A model generated the notes under the pieces. That model had not been told where the DNA came from and did no database searches. It saw only the letters and a list, made by a program, of their open reading frames with translations. A program made the translations under genes and the position numbers. Positions 34,301 to 64,000 of a DNA stretch of 64,000 nt are shown here, piece after piece. Source of the DNA: Octopus bimaculoides (taxonomy: Eukaryota); the NCBI RefSeq assembly GCF_001194135.2, contig NC_068981.1, positions 8,992,142 through 9,056,141 on the forward strand. Direction: 5' to 3'. How positions within the stretch are numbered: position 1 is the stretch's first letter; every line of letters starts with the position of its first letter.

Positions 34301-36525
34301 TTGGTGACAGGAAGAGCATCCAGCTGTAGAAAATCTGCCCCATTAAACTAAGTATGATCTTTGTAAGCATGGAAAAGTGGATATTATAATGATGATAATT
34401 CTGTTTCGGACAAGTAATCTTTAAAAAAAAAAAAATGATATTTATCTATCAAGTACAGTGGTTGAGAAGATATTTTCTTCTTTTCAAATGCAGCCATATT
34501 TAATAATATTCAGTTTGTTTCCTAATGTTGATAGCAACTAAACTAGTGTTGCATCATGTTGACCAAATTCCATTTGTGATCTCATATCAAATGAAGGAAT
34601 GCAATATATATTTCAAGAATAGCATTTATGAATAAAGATTCCCCAATACATTTTTGTTAACCATATTTAAAATTCAATTCCAATCACAAAGTATCAATAA
34701 ATATCTCCATGCATGTATCTATAATTTTTCAAGGCAAAATCTCTCAACTCAAAACATGGTCAGTCATATTATCCCTTTCTAAATTCTTGCCTTCTTTCTC
34801 CATCAAAATACTTTTTACCTCCCAATAAAATGTTTATATATCACCACACTGCATCAAAATCCATTTTATTTTTGTTTAATTTTGTAGAGAACCTCATAAT
34901 TTTAGAGGATTCTTTTGATTTAGAAATTGTATCTCATTCTGAGTTTTAAACTCTTACTGGATTAAGAAGGATTTATGGATTAGTTAAATCCTTTCTCAAG
35001 TAAAGCGTTGTCTTACATTTTCTTAACTCCTATTTTTGTGAAAAGGTTTACACTTTCTACATATGCCAAATGAAGAATTCTGGATTATTAAATTAGAAAT
35101 GGAAAGAAAAAGATATTTAGTTGTTAGTTGAACACAGAAAATTCCAGGTGAGAAAGAATTAAGCCAATTTTTGGCTACAAAATCAGAGGATTAGTGTAGA
35201 TAAGGCAAACAAACAAACTTCAATTTTTTATTTGAAAAATCTTTTACTTTTCCAGAACATTAACAGATTTTAGTCGAGAGAGTGAAAGCCATGTTATAAT
35301 GCTATAACAATTTCCAAAAGAGAAGAGATTAACTGGGGAGGAGGGAATAAAAATTAAAAAAAAAATATATATATAAACAAAACAAAGATAATTTCTTGAA
35401 TCACATATTGTTTCACCATGCAGCAGATACAACTATACAGAAATAGCACTCATTAAAGAAAAAAAAAAAATTTTTTTTTTTTTCCATTTCATAATTTAGT
35501 TCAGCTTTTAGTACGACAAGAATATTTTGATCTTCTTCCTCAAGTTTTATTTATTAATTAGTAATAATCAATCACAGAATTTTGAGAATATATTCAGTCG
35601 CATCAATCTCAACACTAACTTTCTAATTGATAATTTAGAAATATCTCCACCAAACAATCAATTAATACCATTTAAGAAGATCCCCCAACAGTTTCCAAAC
35701 TAATCTAATTCTTAATCAGGAGGTCACAAATTTTAAAACAAACATTTTTCTTGTTCCAAACTAATGGCCAATGTACCAGACACTTGCAGAAACTCATTTC
35801 TCTCTTTCACTCCAGATATAAAACAAAGCAGATATTTTTAAATGAATATCTTAATTTCCTAATAAATCTGCATGATTTCTATTAAAACATTAAAAACAGA
35901 ACAGGTCTCAATGTGCTGTAAAGAAGCCAAACTTACAACTGTAGATTACAGTTGTAAAATAAATTTCAGTTGGAGTATGAACAATTAGATCATCGCAAAC
36001 TCACACATCGAATGTTTGCAACGAGAGATGAGAGCACTCAAAAACAACTTTGCCCTCCAACTGACTGAAACATGTTTTAAAGGAATTCTAGGTTTCTTAA
36101 TATTTAAAAAAAATGAGAAAAAAAAAAAACAATANNNNNNNNNNGAAAAAAAAAAAAACAATAAGAAAATTCTGTTGTTTTGAGCACCAAATGCAAGTGA
36201 AATTGCAAAGAGTGTTTTTTTGTTGTGGAACTATTATTTAGGATAGTTTTGTGAGACTCCTGATTGGAGTTCAATTCGAGATTAGTAAAGATTTGCAATT
36301 GAAGGCAGTAATATTGTCACTTTTGAGAGAATAGTTGTTATTAATTAAAGAATTAGCAACGGAAATTATCAACAAGAACAAACAAAAATGAAGAAAAGAT
36401 GAGTTAAAAATGGGTTGATGAAAAATTGCCAGAAAATTGCCTCAACTTCAGGCAACAAAAGAAGGAAAGCTGAAACATTCTGTTCAGCCGAAGAACATTT
36501 TGTCATTCACAACAGAAATTATATA

Positions 36526-36531
36526 TTTATT
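36526..36531 (-). terminator. Candidate polyadenylation signal (AATAAA) for VPS35
   Basis: TTTATT on the + strand about 430 nt downstream of the stop; other candidates lie further downstream, so the true site is undetermined. Confidence 0.3.
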
Positions 36532-36962
36532 GCTGGCAATTGGACCCAAATCAATATAGATTTTTGTATATTTGCAGTTTACAATTAAATAAAAATATAA
36601 CAACCAGAAAGTCATTTACAATTTAGACTTCATTATTTCTTGTTAAATACAAATCATGATTTCGTTTTTCTTCATAGAATAATAAATGTTTATATAATAA
36701 TAATAATAATAATAATACTCAACAAGGTCTATGCACCTTTCTATTTTGTTGTTTGTTTCTTTCCTCAAAAAGTCCTTTCTATAATACATCATGAGTTTAG
36801 GTGATTATATAAAAAGAAAAAAAAAAATGCCCCCACCTAAATCACATATAGCAGCATTCAGAAATTACTTACAGCCAAAGGATGGAGAGAAGAATTCTCT
36901 AGTGTTAGATGGCTAACATCAATGAAAAAAAAAACATGATGGTAGAATTGATTTAGAGTTTC

Positions 36963-62915
<25,953 letters not shown>

Positions 62916-64000
62916 TCAAATATCAATCACAATAATTAGCTATAACAGCAGATTGCAGCTTCACTTGTCCATTTCAACTTTTACATCCCCTAAGGATATA
63001 TATCATCACTGATTAATGTCTGCTTTCCATGCTGGCATGGGTTGGATGGTTTGACTGATAACTGGTAAGCCAGGAAGCTGCACCAATAATTATACACACA
63101 CACACACACACATACATATATATAACCTATACAATATATAAGGTTTTGAATTTATCAACTTCTATTCAGATTTTTTTTAAAGAAAACATTTCCTCGCTGA
63201 AGTAACCAGCAAAATGTCTCTGTGACACATGCCTTCTTCACTTGGATTTGAAAGAGTAAAGTATTCAAGACAATGGGAAATGTGTATTGTGATATTCATT
63301 CCTTTTCCAAGGGTAGCATGCAGTAAATAGAGTAAACTACATCTAAGAATCAAAACCATAGCGAAAAACCTGTTTTACATGTTTTTCTCATTGACAGAAT
63401 TAATATTGTGCTTTTGTACAATCAAAATATTACCAAATGTAACAAAAAAAAAAAAGGCTCATACATTTTCAGGGAATTATTTGAAAAATGGGATCTTTTC
63501 TATTTGGCTGCCAAGGTTTCAAAAATTAAAGTTTATTGAAAATTTTAAAATTTGGTACATTAATGCATTTTTCCAAGCTGAATTGCTGGAGATATTTCAC
63601 TTTTCCAGAAAAATTTAAAAAAAAAAAAGTTATAGATCTTTAAAGTTTGACATTTTTTACCCAGTCAGGAAGCAGGATTTGGAAACTGTCATTTTCTTTT
63701 GTCACTATCCTAAAAATAGCACATGTTGTCAATATTTGTATTCTACATGCGAAAAATGAGTAAACAACTTGTCTTTTGTAGTTTTAAGCATTCAATATGC
63801 ATTTAATGTGATCTCCATTATAGATGTGAGGTTACCGGAGCTTGCTGCCATAATCAGGCAGAACAGTAAAATTTCCAGGCGGGTAAAACAGTAGAACAGG
63901 TGGTTTCAATATATTTGTCAACACAGGTTTTCTCGCAGACAAAAGAGTTCTCATATTCAGCTTGTTACTATGGAAACAGGCATGCATGTGTCTGCGGCTT

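Overview
AT-rich animal genomic DNA with long introns, dense repeats and 7 assembly gaps. It is probably an octopus or other coleoid cephalopod; this is inferred from repeat families recalled from memory and not checked by a search. Two intron-rich protein-coding genes lie in tandem on the minus strand. (1) VPS35 (retromer subunit): 13 coding exons, 62811 down to the stop at 36963; its 5' exons are beyond the right edge. (2) Selenophosphate synthetase (selenide, water dikinase): 6 coding exons, 26269 down to 529; its last exon and 3' UTR/SECIS are beyond the left edge. The SPS gene has an in-frame TGA at the catalytic position (codon 27, KG-U-GCK), followed by GGG-TGT and a 15-bp hairpin starting 8 nt downstream. 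Introns and intergenic DNA hold RTE and CR1-like LINE relics, about 30 short RTE 3' tails, tRNA-type SINEs, several MITEs and Tc1/mariner, maT and pogo relics. The most unusual non-coding feature is a 354-bp fold-back in an SPS intron whose two arms each carry a minimal Penelope-type hammerhead ribozyme motif, one intact and one broken. Exon coordinates were read base by base; most repeat boundaries are approximate; nothing was computed or searched beyond the supplied ORF track.
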